Shown in pieces: positions 9,195-17,273 of a stretch of DNA of 52,262 nt (position 1 is its first letter; each line of letters starts with the position of its first letter). Position numbers and translations under genes: made by a program. Origin of the DNA: a virus (Duplodnaviria > Caudoviricetes); the IMG/VR virus record IMGVR_UViG_3300038372_000007, positions 1 through 52,262 of that record; one strand, 5' to 3'. Under the pieces are notes generated by a model. It was not told where the DNA came from, ran no database searches, and saw only the letters and a program-made list of their open reading frames with translations.

Positions 9195-9386
9195 ATGATG
9201 CCGCAGGCCGCCAAGAAGGAATTCATCGTTGAGTTTCAACCGCTACCCAAGCGCATTGTGGCCGTGCTCGCTGACCGTTGGCTCTTCGTCAACGACGAGC
9301 AGGTGGACAAGCAGAACGAAGCTGTCCTGTGGGCCAGGAAGATGGTGGCCGCAGGCAAGACTCACGAGATCATGTGGCTAACCTGA
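9195..9386 (+). CDS. Small hypothetical protein
   Basis: ORF with a GAGGGG RBS, at the position usually held by the ImmA anti-repressor. No HExxH motif. Confidence 0.55.
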   Translation: MMPQAAKKEFIVEFQPLPKRIVAVLADRWLFVNDEQVDKQNEAVLWARKMVAAGKTHEIMWLT

Positions 9387-9405
9387 GAGAGGAGGGACCC
9401 TGGAA

Positions 9406-10407
9406 ATGAGTTGGCGGTTTCGCAAGAGCATCAATCTCGGAGGCGTGAAAGTCAACCTCAGCAAAAGCGGGGTCGGCATGAGTGTCGGCGGGAAAGGACT
9501 TCGAGCGGGGATAGGACCGAAGGGACCTTACCAATCGATGGGAATTCCAGGAACGGGTCTTTACTCTGTGAACTATGCGTCGAGCGGGTCGAAGAACGCA
9601 CCGGCCAGGACGCCTGCCGGTAGCGTCCCCGTCTCGTCGTCGGTTGGGTTTGAACAGATGCCTTCGCATGGCGCGTTGGGGCTAGGCACGATGTTCAAAT
9701 CAGGTTGCCTCTTCTTCACGCCGCTCCCGATGCTGATCTTCGGCTGGAAAATCGCAGCGATAGCCGCCGCGGTCATCCTGCTTATCTACCTCGTGGAGAA
9801 AAAGTCGGACGTGGGAAAGGAGGCGGCCCTGTATAGCGGCGTGCTAGAGAAAGTATCGACCAATCGATACGAGGAAGCCGTGGCCGGACTACACGAGCTC
9901 TCGCAACGGCCCAAACCTGCCGCAGGTTTGCACCTCGCCCTGGGATACTGCTATCTGAAGAGTGGACAACGGGAGCAGGCGCTCAACGAGTACCGCGGAT
10001 ATGTCGAGAAGGTTCCGTCTGACACGGCGACCGCCGTGCGCTTCGCGGGATATCTCATTGAGGAGAATCGGTTGGAAGAGGCGCTCGCCATCCTTGACCG
10101 GATGCCTCCGCTGCCCAGTCTGGGCCTTATTCTAACGTGGATGAAGGGAATGTGTCTCCTGGGTCTGGAACGTCCGGCATTGGCCATCGAGGTGTTAAAG
10201 ACCGCACCTTTGAGGCAGAAACTACCTGACCCGACTCTTACCTCGATCCGGTACACACTCGGGAGAGCGTACGAACTCAGCGGGAATCGAGAGAGGGCTG
10301 CCGCCCTGTTCAGGCGGGTCTATGCCGACAACGCGAACTATCAGGGCATCCAGGACGCGCTGGCGAGAGTGGAAGGCGTAAAGACCCCTGATGAACCCGA
10401 GGCGTGA
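9406..10407 (+). CDS. DUF4236-domain membrane protein with TPR repeats
   Basis: N-terminal WRFRKSINLGGVKVNLSKSGVGMSVG...IPGTGLY, a TM segment, and TPR-like helices (LALGYCYLKSG, YTLGRAYE). Confidence 0.85.
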   Translation: MSWRFRKSINLGGVKVNLSKSGVGMSVGGKGLRAGIGPKGPYQSMGIPGTGLYSVNYASSGSKNAPARTPAGSVPVSSSVGFEQMPSHGALGLGTMFKSGCLFFTPLPMLIFGWKIAAIAAAVILLIYLVEKKSDVGKEAALYSGVLEKVSTNRYEEAVAGLHELSQRPKPAAGLHLALGYCYLKSGQREQALNEYRGYVEKVPSDTATAVRFAGYLIEENRLEEALAILDRMPPLPSLGLILTWMKGMCLLGLERPALAIEVLKTAPLRQKLPDPTLTSIRYTLGRAYELSGNRERAAALFRRVYADNANYQGIQDALARVEGVKTPDEPEA

Positions 10408-12023
10408 ATCCAGCCGTGAAGGTCGCCGGGTACTTCAGGGTGAGCACCGAGGAGCAGCGAGAGCGCTCCACAATCCAGAACCAGCTCGACTTCTACCGGA
10501 AGTACCTGGACCTCCACGGCCTCCAGGACGCCGGGGTGTACCCCGATGACGGGGTCAGCGGCACGATCCCGCTGGAGGAGAGAACACAAGGCGCGAAGCT
10601 TCTAGCTGATGCGAAATCCCACCTCTTCAGCCAGGTCCTCGTCTACCGGCTTGACCGAATAGGCCGCGATCCCCGCGTCATCCTCAACGCGGTCCATGAG
10701 TTGCAGCAGGCAGGCGTGACGGTCAAGTCCATGACCGAACCCTTCGAGACCGGCACCGTCTACGGCGAGTTCATGATGAGCATCCTGGCGGGCGTGGCCG
10801 GGCTGGAGAGAGGGGTATTCCTGGAGAGGAGCGCCCTCGGCACCGCGAGAGCCGCCAGGGACGGCAAGTGGCTCGGCGGCATCGTGCCCTACGGATACCG
10901 GGTGGACGGCGAGGGGCGGTTGGAGGTATCCGAGGCGCCGCTCGAAGGCGTCAACATGACGGAGGCCGGGGTCGTGCGCCTAATCTACGCCTGCGTCGCG
11001 GAGCGGGGCTGGAGCACCATCAAGGTGGCAGACCATCTCAACGCGCTGGGCATCCCGACCAGTTACGGCAAGGACGGACGCTTGGTGAAGCGAGGCCAAC
11101 GCAAGGTCCGCACGGCCAACCTCTGGAGGCCGGGCCGGATCAGAAACATGGTCGTGAATCCGACGTACCGGGGAGAACACCAGTACGGGAAGCGTACAGC
11201 CAAGAAGCGGGAGCTCATTCCCAGGTTAGTCCCCGCCATCGTGGACGACGCCACCTGGCGCAAGGCCCAGGCCGTTCTCCGGAGCAACCTCATCGAGGCC
11301 ACTCGCAACGCGAAACGCCCGTATCTCCTGCGGGGCCTGGTGGTCTGCGGGACTTGCGGACTGCATTACGGCGGGACCTCATACAAGGGACCCGGCGGCA
11401 AGCTTAAGGCGTACTACGTCTGCGGGGGCAAGACGGCATACCGGGGGCCGCTCCAGGGAAGATGTCGCAACTCGAACGTCCCGGCCGAGTGGCTGGAGGA
11501 GGCGGTTTGGGAGGACCTCATGGGTTTCATCCGCAATCCGGGCGACGCCCTGCGGAGGTTGCGAGAGGACGCCGGGGAGCCGAAGACCGGGGATACGGCC
11601 GCTGAGCGCAGGAACCTCGAATCCGCGCTGGCGGGGAAGGACGTTGAAAGGCAGCGGGTAATGTCGCTCTACCGGCGCGGGTTCGCCAGGATAGGAGACG
11701 TGGAGGTCCAACTGCGGGAGGTGGAGCGCGAGGAGAAGGCGCTCAAAGAAGAACTGGAGAGCTTGGTGAGAGACGAAAGCGACCGGGCGGGACAGGCGGC
11801 CAGGTTCGAGTCCGCAGAGGCGCTCCTTGACTCCCTGCGCGAGTCCGTGACTGGCGACGTGCCGTGGGAGAAGCGGAGAGAGTTGGTCAAGTTGCTGGTG
11901 AAGGAGATCCGCGTGAGCCCGCCTGCGGACGGCGGCAGGAAGGCGGTGGTCGAGGCGACGTACCTGTTCTCCCAGGTAACCTACCGCACGGGCATGGGTT
12001 CATATAGCAACCTGGGAGCATAG
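10404..12023 (+). CDS. Large serine recombinase (integrase)
   Basis: YFRVST catalytic Ser, DDGVSG, RLDRIGR, recombinase domain (PYGY), zinc ribbon (CGTCG...YVC) and coiled coil. Confidence 0.95.
   Translation: MNPAVKVAGYFRVSTEEQRERSTIQNQLDFYRKYLDLHGLQDAGVYPDDGVSGTIPLEERTQGAKLLADAKSHLFSQVLVYRLDRIGRDPRVILNAVHELQQAGVTVKSMTEPFETGTVYGEFMMSILAGVAGLERGVFLERSALGTARAARDGKWLGGIVPYGYRVDGEGRLEVSEAPLEGVNMTEAGVVRLIYACVAERGWSTIKVADHLNALGIPTSYGKDGRLVKRGQRKVRTANLWRPGRIRNMVVNPTYRGEHQYGKRTAKKRELIPRLVPAIVDDATWRKAQAVLRSNLIEATRNAKRPYLLRGLVVCGTCGLHYGGTSYKGPGGKLKAYYVCGGKTAYRGPLQGRCRNSNVPAEWLEEAVWEDLMGFIRNPGDALRRLREDAGEPKTGDTAAERRNLESALAGKDVERQRVMSLYRRGFARIGDVEVQLREVEREEKALKEELESLVRDESDRAGQAARFESAEALLDSLRESVTGDVPWEKRRELVKLLVKEIRVSPPADGGRKAVVEATYLFSQVTYRTGMGSYSNLGA
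11967..12020. other. attP site (predicted target: host comM/YifB gene)
   Basis: Inverted arms CTCCCAGGT (11969-11977) and ACCTGGGAG (12010-12018) flank a core. On the minus strand, 12003-11983 reads ATG AAC CCA TGC CCG TGC GGT = MNPCPCG. Confidence 0.8.
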
Positions 12024-12050
12024 AAAAGGAGCCTCGGTTAGGAGGCTCCT
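12024..12050 (-). terminator. Intrinsic terminator between the integrase and the accessory operon
   Basis: AGGAGCCTC-6 nt-GAGGCTCCT hairpin, followed by TTT on the minus strand. Confidence 0.7.
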
Positions 12051-12067
12051 CGGGTAGGCCGAACTAT

Positions 12068-12853
12068 CTATTCCTCCGCCATCTTCCTGAGCACCTCGAA
12101 GCCCTGGCGCAAAGCGACGATCACCCGCTCGTTGGTGAGGTGGAAGGCTGCCACAATCTCCGGCAGGCGGTTCGCCGCCGCCAGCCATTGATCGGGCCGC
12201 GCATTGCAGAGTCCGCATCCGAGGTCGCGGTGCAGATACCACTCGGCTTCCGGCTCCTTCGTGCCCTCGAACACGTAGTAGAGAGGCTTGCCGCCGCCTG
12301 TCTCCACCGTCATGTACAGGTGGCTGTCGAGGTTGCTCCTGACCTCCCTTACGGTGAGCGTCATCCCGGCCGCTTCCACGGTCGTGCCTACGGGCACGGC
12401 CTCGGCTATGGCGTCGAGCACATCTGCCACCAGGTAGCGGAGCTGCTCCGAGAGTTTGGTCCGCTCCTTGCCCGAGGCCTGGAGGTCGGCCAGGTATTGC
12501 TGCAACCTCCTCCTGCTTTCGGTCTTGGACGCAGGATAGATCCGCTGCCAGCCCTGCTTCGGATCCTCGAACTCGCTGAGGTCGTCGTCGTTGGTAACCA
12601 GGTGGCCGTGGTCGTAATCGCGCCAGATAGTGTATCCGGCGTGCAGCGCGTGGCCCAGACTGTTCTTATCGTCACAGACCCAGATTTCCGTTACAGGCTT
12701 GTCGAGGTCCGGTGCGGCCTCCGGCTCCTGCGCCAGCACCTTCTCCAACTGGTCGCCGTAGAACACGGCAAGGAAGTCCCGGAGGGCAGCGCCGTGCTTG
12801 GCCTTCTGGATCATTGCACTCTCCCTGATTGTGAGACTCAGGTTGCGGTTCAT
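12068..12853 (-). CDS. Hypothetical protein (accessory operon)
   Basis: ATG at 12853 after GGAGAAAGG. No recognisable family. Confidence 0.7.
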   Translation of the reverse strand: MNRNLSLTIRESAMIQKAKHGAALRDFLAVFYGDQLEKVLAQEPEAAPDLDKPVTEIWVCDDKNSLGHALHAGYTIWRDYDHGHLVTNDDDLSEFEDPKQGWQRIYPASKTESRRRLQQYLADLQASGKERTKLSEQLRYLVADVLDAIAEAVPVGTTVEAAGMTLTVREVRSNLDSHLYMTVETGGGKPLYYVFEGTKEPEAEWYLHRDLGCGLCNARPDQWLAAANRLPEIVAAFHLTNERVIVALRQGFEVLRKMAEE

Positions 12854-12897
12854 CGTTAGATCCTTTCTCCTGCGCTTAGGGGCGCGGCCCCTTGAGT

Positions 12898-13170
12898 TTA
12901 GCCGAAAACTTCGTTCCACACCTCGTCGCGGATCTGATCGATCCGCTGTCTGATCTCGTCCTCCTCGGCCCAAGACTCGGCCTCGACGATGATACTGTTA
13001 GGCATTGCGCCCTCGGCGTTTTGCAGGTCGATTTCGATGTCGCACTCGGGATACTCGGCTGTGAGCCGCTTGTGGAGCAGGTCGACATAGCGGTCGAGCA
13101 GGGGCACGGAGTCGCCCTGGAAATCGTTCGGGACCAGGTTACCACCGAGTTCGGTGATTAGGATACGCAT
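12898..13170 (-). CDS. Small acidic hypothetical protein
   Basis: ORF with an RBS. Very D/E-rich. Confidence 0.7.
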   Translation of the reverse strand: MRILITELGGNLVPNDFQGDSVPLLDRYVDLLHKRLTAEYPECDIEIDLQNAEGAMPNSIIVEAESWAEEDEIRQRIDQIRDEVWNEVFG

Positions 13171-13215
13171 CGGGATCATCCTTTCTCCCGCGCTCATGCG
13201 GGGCGGTGAGAGGGC

Positions 13216-13731
13216 CTAGAACGTATGTATCCGCGTGATCTTGGTCGTGCCGTTGGGCATCGCCCACTTGGTTACGGCGTCGGTCGAGCATTCTTTTACG
13301 CTGCCGTCGCAGTCCTCCATCCAGGTCTCGATAGCTACGGGCTTGCCTGCGACCTTGGCCTGGGCAAACGCTGCCTCGACTTTGGCCTGCCTTGCAGCGG
13401 TGCTGGCCCGAGCCTTGGCGACTTTGGCGGCTTCCGTGGCGGCGATTGCGGCAAGGATCTCGTCGCGCCGGGCCTCCGTGATGAACCAGAACATCCCGTC
13501 GCAGGGGAGAACCCCGTCGCAGCGGCGATCCATCTCGGTGTACTTATAAGCCACTGGGATCCGCTCGCAGCCGGTGGCGGTAACGTGAGGGTTGCAGGCC
13601 TGATAGTCCTTGCGGTACTCGGCGATCCTGGGATCCGGCACCACGCAACAGATAGTGCATTCGCTGTCCCACCGGGCTACCGCGAGCTGGGGTCTCTGGG
13701 CCTCTTTCTGGTTCGCAGTCATCTCGGTCAT
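13216..13731 (-). CDS. Hypothetical protein
   Basis: ORF with a GGGGAG RBS directly below a strong promoter. Confidence 0.7.
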   Translation of the reverse strand: MTEMTANQKEAQRPQLAVARWDSECTICCVVPDPRIAEYRKDYQACNPHVTATGCERIPVAYKYTEMDRRCDGVLPCDGMFWFITEARRDEILAAIAATEAAKVAKARASTAARQAKVEAAFAQAKVAGKPVAIETWMEDCDGSVKECSTDAVTKWAMPNGTTKITRIHTF

Positions 13732-13763
13732 CTCGCGTCTCCCCTTCTCATTCCTCTACCCTG

Positions 13764-13791
13764 ATTATATCATCATCCTTGCCGTTTGCAA
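13764..13791 (-). promoter_or_regulatory. Strong sigma70/sigmaA promoter for the accessory operon
   Basis: TTGCAA, 16-bp spacer, perfect TATAAT with a TGn extension. Confidence 0.75.
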
Positions 13792-14077
13792 CAGATATTT
13801 GCTTCCACGCGCAGATATATTTTCATCGGTGTCAATCCTCTCCTCTCCCCGATGATATTTGCCACCGCGATTGTTGCAAAGGCAAAGCCCTGCTCAGGGC
13901 ATGTTTGGATTTCAGACGAGGAGGCAAAAGGGTTGAAAACAACAAAAGCCCTGCTAGATAGGCCTGTTTTTAGCCCTTGTGGGCGGCGCTGCTTTTTGGC
14001 AGGTACAATCAGTTAGGGTGCGTGAGAAGTGCCTCTTAAATCGCCTCGTAGCGCGTCCTTTTTTCGGGGCGGGAAAC

Positions 14078-14112
14078 GGAAAGGCCCCCAGCTTTTCAGC
14101 CGGGAGCCTGCT
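14078..14112 (-). terminator. Terminator-like hairpin at the end of the late/lysis transcript
   Basis: AGGCTCCCGGCTGAAAAGCTGGGGGCCT followed by TT on the minus strand. Confidence 0.55.
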
Positions 14113-14201
14113 TGTATGGGATATTCACAGGCGCCGTACCTAGCGCCGTCAGTCGTCGGTTTCGTTGCACCCTATGCCGCTCACCCTCGGATCGGGGTCG
14201 T

Positions 14202-14555
14202 CTATGTGGAGGTGTTGAGGGCGGCCTCGGGATTCTGGGAGTCCTTGTTGTTCTCAAACCACCGCTTGATTATCGGATGGACACCGCTGGAACCGCCCGC
14301 CATGAGGATCGCCGCAGCCAGGATGCCGAATACCGCCCACTGGAACGGGATGGCGAACATCTCGAACAGGTTGAAATTCGCTCCATAGGCGATGACCACT
14401 GAATATGCGAGCGCCAGGAGGAGCGTCACGTCACAGCCAAGAACCTTGCGCTTATCGAGGAATGGGAAGACGTGGATCGTGCCCTCCACCAAGCGTTCGA
14501 CGAGAAAGGCACAGAACAACCAGACGAACAGCCGAACCAGATTTACTTCGCCCAT
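14202..14555 (-). CDS. Holin-like membrane protein
   Basis: Three TM helices and GGSSGVH. Adjacent to the lysin. Confidence 0.7.
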   Translation of the reverse strand: MGEVNLVRLFVWLFCAFLVERLVEGTIHVFPFLDKRKVLGCDVTLLLALAYSVVIAYGANFNLFEMFAIPFQWAVFGILAAAILMAGGSSGVHPIIKRWFENNKDSQNPEAALNTST

Positions 14556-14574
14556 AAGGAACTCCTTTCTTTGG

Positions 14575-15432
14575 CTAGACGATTGCCTGCTTTACTCTTG
14601 CGAGAGTTTCCCATAACCGCCCGACCTCGCCTTTGAGCCCGGCCACCTCCGCCCTGATCGCCGCGAGCTCATCCGGCTTCGTGACCTTCGCCAAGTCCGC
14701 CAGGTACTTCAACTGTTCGCTGTCCTGGAAACCATCGAGGAGCCACCAGCTCCAGATCCTAAACCCGCCCGCGTTCGCGATCTCCAGGAAGTCCTTCACG
14801 CCGCCCAGGCCCGCGCTGAACTCGCCGATGGGGTGGATGGGCAGGCCGAGCGGCCCGTAGTCCTCCGCCGTGATCTGCAGCATCTCCTCGCGGGAGGCCC
14901 TGGTGGTCCTCTGCGCCAGGTCGAAGTAGTCCTGGGGCATCACGACGGAGCAGAAGGCGGAGAACACGTCCGCCGGATAGAAGTTGTGGCTATAACGTAG
15001 GTTCCACTGTGGAGCAAACGCAAGCCTGCTCTTAGCGTCCGGGACCTTGCCCAGAATCCTGTCGCCGAAGCGCCTCGCCCAGTCGCGGCCCTCAGGGACC
15101 TCCCAATACCCCTCAGCATCGATGACGTAGCCAACGGGGTAGCGGCTCAACACATCTACCACGGCATCGGCCTCTTTGAGGAGGTTGCCGTAGGTATCGC
15201 CATACACGTACCCCCAGGCCAGCAGCGGAATACTGAGGCTCGCACACCTCTCCGCTATTTTCGCGAACTTCTCCTGGAAGCCGTACTTGCTATCGTCCGC
15301 CGGGTCCCCGTCGTGGTACTTCGCGCATATCCCGTAGCCGGTGTCCTGGGCGGCCGAGATCACCCGGTCAATCCCGCCGCAGTCGGAAGAGTCGAGAACC
15401 CAGAGGAACTTGTGGTCGAAGCAGCTAGTCAT
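14575..15432 (-). CDS. Endolysin, GH25-like TIM-barrel glycoside hydrolase
   Basis: Motifs KYHDG, WGYVYG, VIDAE and MPQDY. Lies between membrane proteins at the end of the tail operon. Confidence 0.65.
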   Translation of the reverse strand: MTSCFDHKFLWVLDSSDCGGIDRVISAAQDTGYGICAKYHDGDPADDSKYGFQEKFAKIAERCASLSIPLLAWGYVYGDTYGNLLKEADAVVDVLSRYPVGYVIDAEGYWEVPEGRDWARRFGDRILGKVPDAKSRLAFAPQWNLRYSHNFYPADVFSAFCSVVMPQDYFDLAQRTTRASREEMLQITAEDYGPLGLPIHPIGEFSAGLGGVKDFLEIANAGGFRIWSWWLLDGFQDSEQLKYLADLAKVTKPDELAAIRAEVAGLKGEVGRLWETLARVKQAIV

Positions 15433-15625
15433 GGCTCCGCTGCTCCTTCACCTTGCCATTGGTTTTCCGGTACATAGCCAACGAGGTAGTCAGGTTCGCA
15501 ACGAGCAGCAGGATAGTGGCCCAGAACATTGCTTCCAATGTGCTAACCCTCCTCAGTAGGTCCACGATCTGTTGACCGTGCACCGCTACCTGCCTCATGA
15601 GTTCCATGAGCGTTGAGTCTCCCAT
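15425..15625 (-). CDS. Small coiled-coil/TM lysis protein (XhlA/holin-like)
   Basis: Coiled coil plus a single TM helix, with a GGAGG RBS, upstream of the lysin. Confidence 0.6.
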   Translation of the reverse strand: MGDSTLMELMRQVAVHGQQIVDLLRRVSTLEAMFWATILLLVANLTTSLAMYRKTNGKVKEQRSHD

Positions 15626-15644
15626 GGGTAGCCGCCTCCTCCTC

Positions 15645-15676
15645 AAATAGAGAGACCGCCCTCATGGAGCGGCCTC
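15645..15676 (-). terminator. Intrinsic terminator-like hairpin
   Basis: GAGGCCGCTCC...GGCGGTCTC followed by TCTATTT on the minus strand. Confidence 0.45.
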
Positions 15677-15786
15677 GTGATGCCTTTGTCTGTGAGAAAG
15701 AATCACCCTGTAGTGCAAATCCAAATATGTGATTGCCGCCCAATGAAGTTGAAGGAATTGCAGGAATTGCGGAGAATGCCGCATTC

Positions 15787-16404
15787 ATGGAATTCCGATC
15801 AGTCATCATCATAGGCGCGGGCGGTCACGGCAAGGTTGTAGCCGATATTGCTCAGCTCTCTGGTCTCAAAGTCGTCGGGTTCGCCGATGACGTCGTGACG
15901 GGCGAACCGCTTCCCGACCTGCCTGTTCTCTATCGAATCGCCGACATTCCCGACGGGTCAACCATCATCTTGGGGATAGGAGACAACCAGGCCCGCCGAA
16001 GGATCGCGGAGTCGCTTGCGCCGCGAGTGCTGTTTGCCACCATCATCCACCATACCTGCACAGTCTCGAAGTATGCGACTATCGGCGAGGGTTCAGTGTT
16101 GATGCCTGGCGCTGTCGTCAAAGCAGTCACCACAATCGGCAACCACGTCATCCTGAACACCAACTGCGCCATCGGACATGACTGTGTTATAGGCAATTAC
16201 GTCCACGTCGGGCCGGGTGCCAATGTCTCCGGCAATGTGCAAATCGGAGACGGCGTTCTGATTGGCGTCGGTTCCTGCATCATCCCCGGAGTTCGCATCG
16301 GCGCGGGGAGTATCATAGGTGCAGGCAGTGTGGTTGTCCATGACGTCCCTGATGGGGTTACGGCATACGGTGTTCCAGCGACCGTGAAGTGCGTATCTAG
16401 CTAA
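15787..16404 (+). CDS. NeuD/PglD-family sugar O-/N-acetyltransferase (moron)
   Basis: IIIGAGGHGKVVAD, IGDN, IGHDC, hexapeptide repeats and GVPA. Oriented opposite to the late operon. Confidence 0.9.
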   Translation: MEFRSVIIIGAGGHGKVVADIAQLSGLKVVGFADDVVTGEPLPDLPVLYRIADIPDGSTIILGIGDNQARRRIAESLAPRVLFATIIHHTCTVSKYATIGEGSVLMPGAVVKAVTTIGNHVILNTNCAIGHDCVIGNYVHVGPGANVSGNVQIGDGVLIGVGSCIIPGVRIGAGSIIGAGSVVVHDVPDGVTAYGVPATVKCVSS

Positions 16405-16426
16405 GGAGCCTCGTGAAGCCTCACAG

Positions 16427-17230
16427 TCAGACGATGTAGCTATAGCTCACGCTGTAGGTGATGCTGTCCGCGTCCGCGTGGTTTACGACTATTCCCCAAT
16501 TCCGTGGTAACGGTTGACTCACCGCTAAATTTGCCACGGGTGTCGCGCCAGGATACACCGTGAGGACCACTGGATAGGTCGTGACATCGGTAATCGCCGC
16601 GCTGGCCAGAATGTAATTCGAGTGGCCGCTGATGAAGTCCGTTTCCCCGATGTTCACGACGATGCTGGGCGTATCGCTTTTGGCCGTCACATTGATGAAC
16701 ACTTTGACGCCGCGGGCGTTGTAGTTCGTCTGGCCTGCGCTAACGGCAACTTCAGTCCTCGCCTGGCTTGCCAGAAGCGTGCCCTCGGCGTTGTTGCGCC
16801 ACCTGTCCCAGGTCGCGCCGTTGAATCCCATCTTCCCGGCGACAGCGTGAATCCATCCCGCCGCGCCCGTCAAGGCGTCAGCAGGGGCCGCCGAGGATAC
16901 GCGCACGGCTTGAACGTTTGTCCCGTCCGAGCCAGCCATGAGCCCGCCGTATGTCCCGATTGCCGCGCCGAGCAGTTGGATGTGGCGGGCCAGCCACGCC
17001 CTCACGCCGCCCACAGCGGCCTTGACGGTGCTCGCGCCGGAGAGGGCGTCGGCATCCGTAGTCGTGCCGAGAGCCACGTCCTTGCCGTCCTCGGTGCGGG
17101 TGTTCAGGGCGTTATCCAGGCCGTGAAGCGGCATGAAAGCCGTGGCGGTGGCGTCCCAGGCTTGAGGCAGGACGTTGCCGTTGGCATCCTTTTTCAGCGT
17201 ACTGGTCTCTGGAGTCGGCATAGCAAACAC
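16427..17230 (-). CDS. Putative tail fibre/structural protein
   Basis: A/G/T-rich with a beta-rich C-terminal domain. Last gene of the tail module. Confidence 0.55.
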   Translation of the reverse strand: MFAMPTPETSTLKKDANGNVLPQAWDATATAFMPLHGLDNALNTRTEDGKDVALGTTTDADALSGASTVKAAVGGVRAWLARHIQLLGAAIGTYGGLMAGSDGTNVQAVRVSSAAPADALTGAAGWIHAVAGKMGFNGATWDRWRNNAEGTLLASQARTEVAVSAGQTNYNARGVKVFINVTAKSDTPSIVVNIGETDFISGHSNYILASAAITDVTTYPVVLTVYPGATPVANLAVSQPLPRNWGIVVNHADADSITYSVSYSYIV

Positions 17231-17273
17231 ACCTTTCTAGTCGAACATGAGTTTGGAAGCGGAAACTAGTGGA

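Noticed and set aside
14120-14175. Hammerhead ribozyme (GAAAC and CTGACGG on the minus strand)
   Set aside because: The core is not CUGANGA, and the spacing leaves no room for the required stems.
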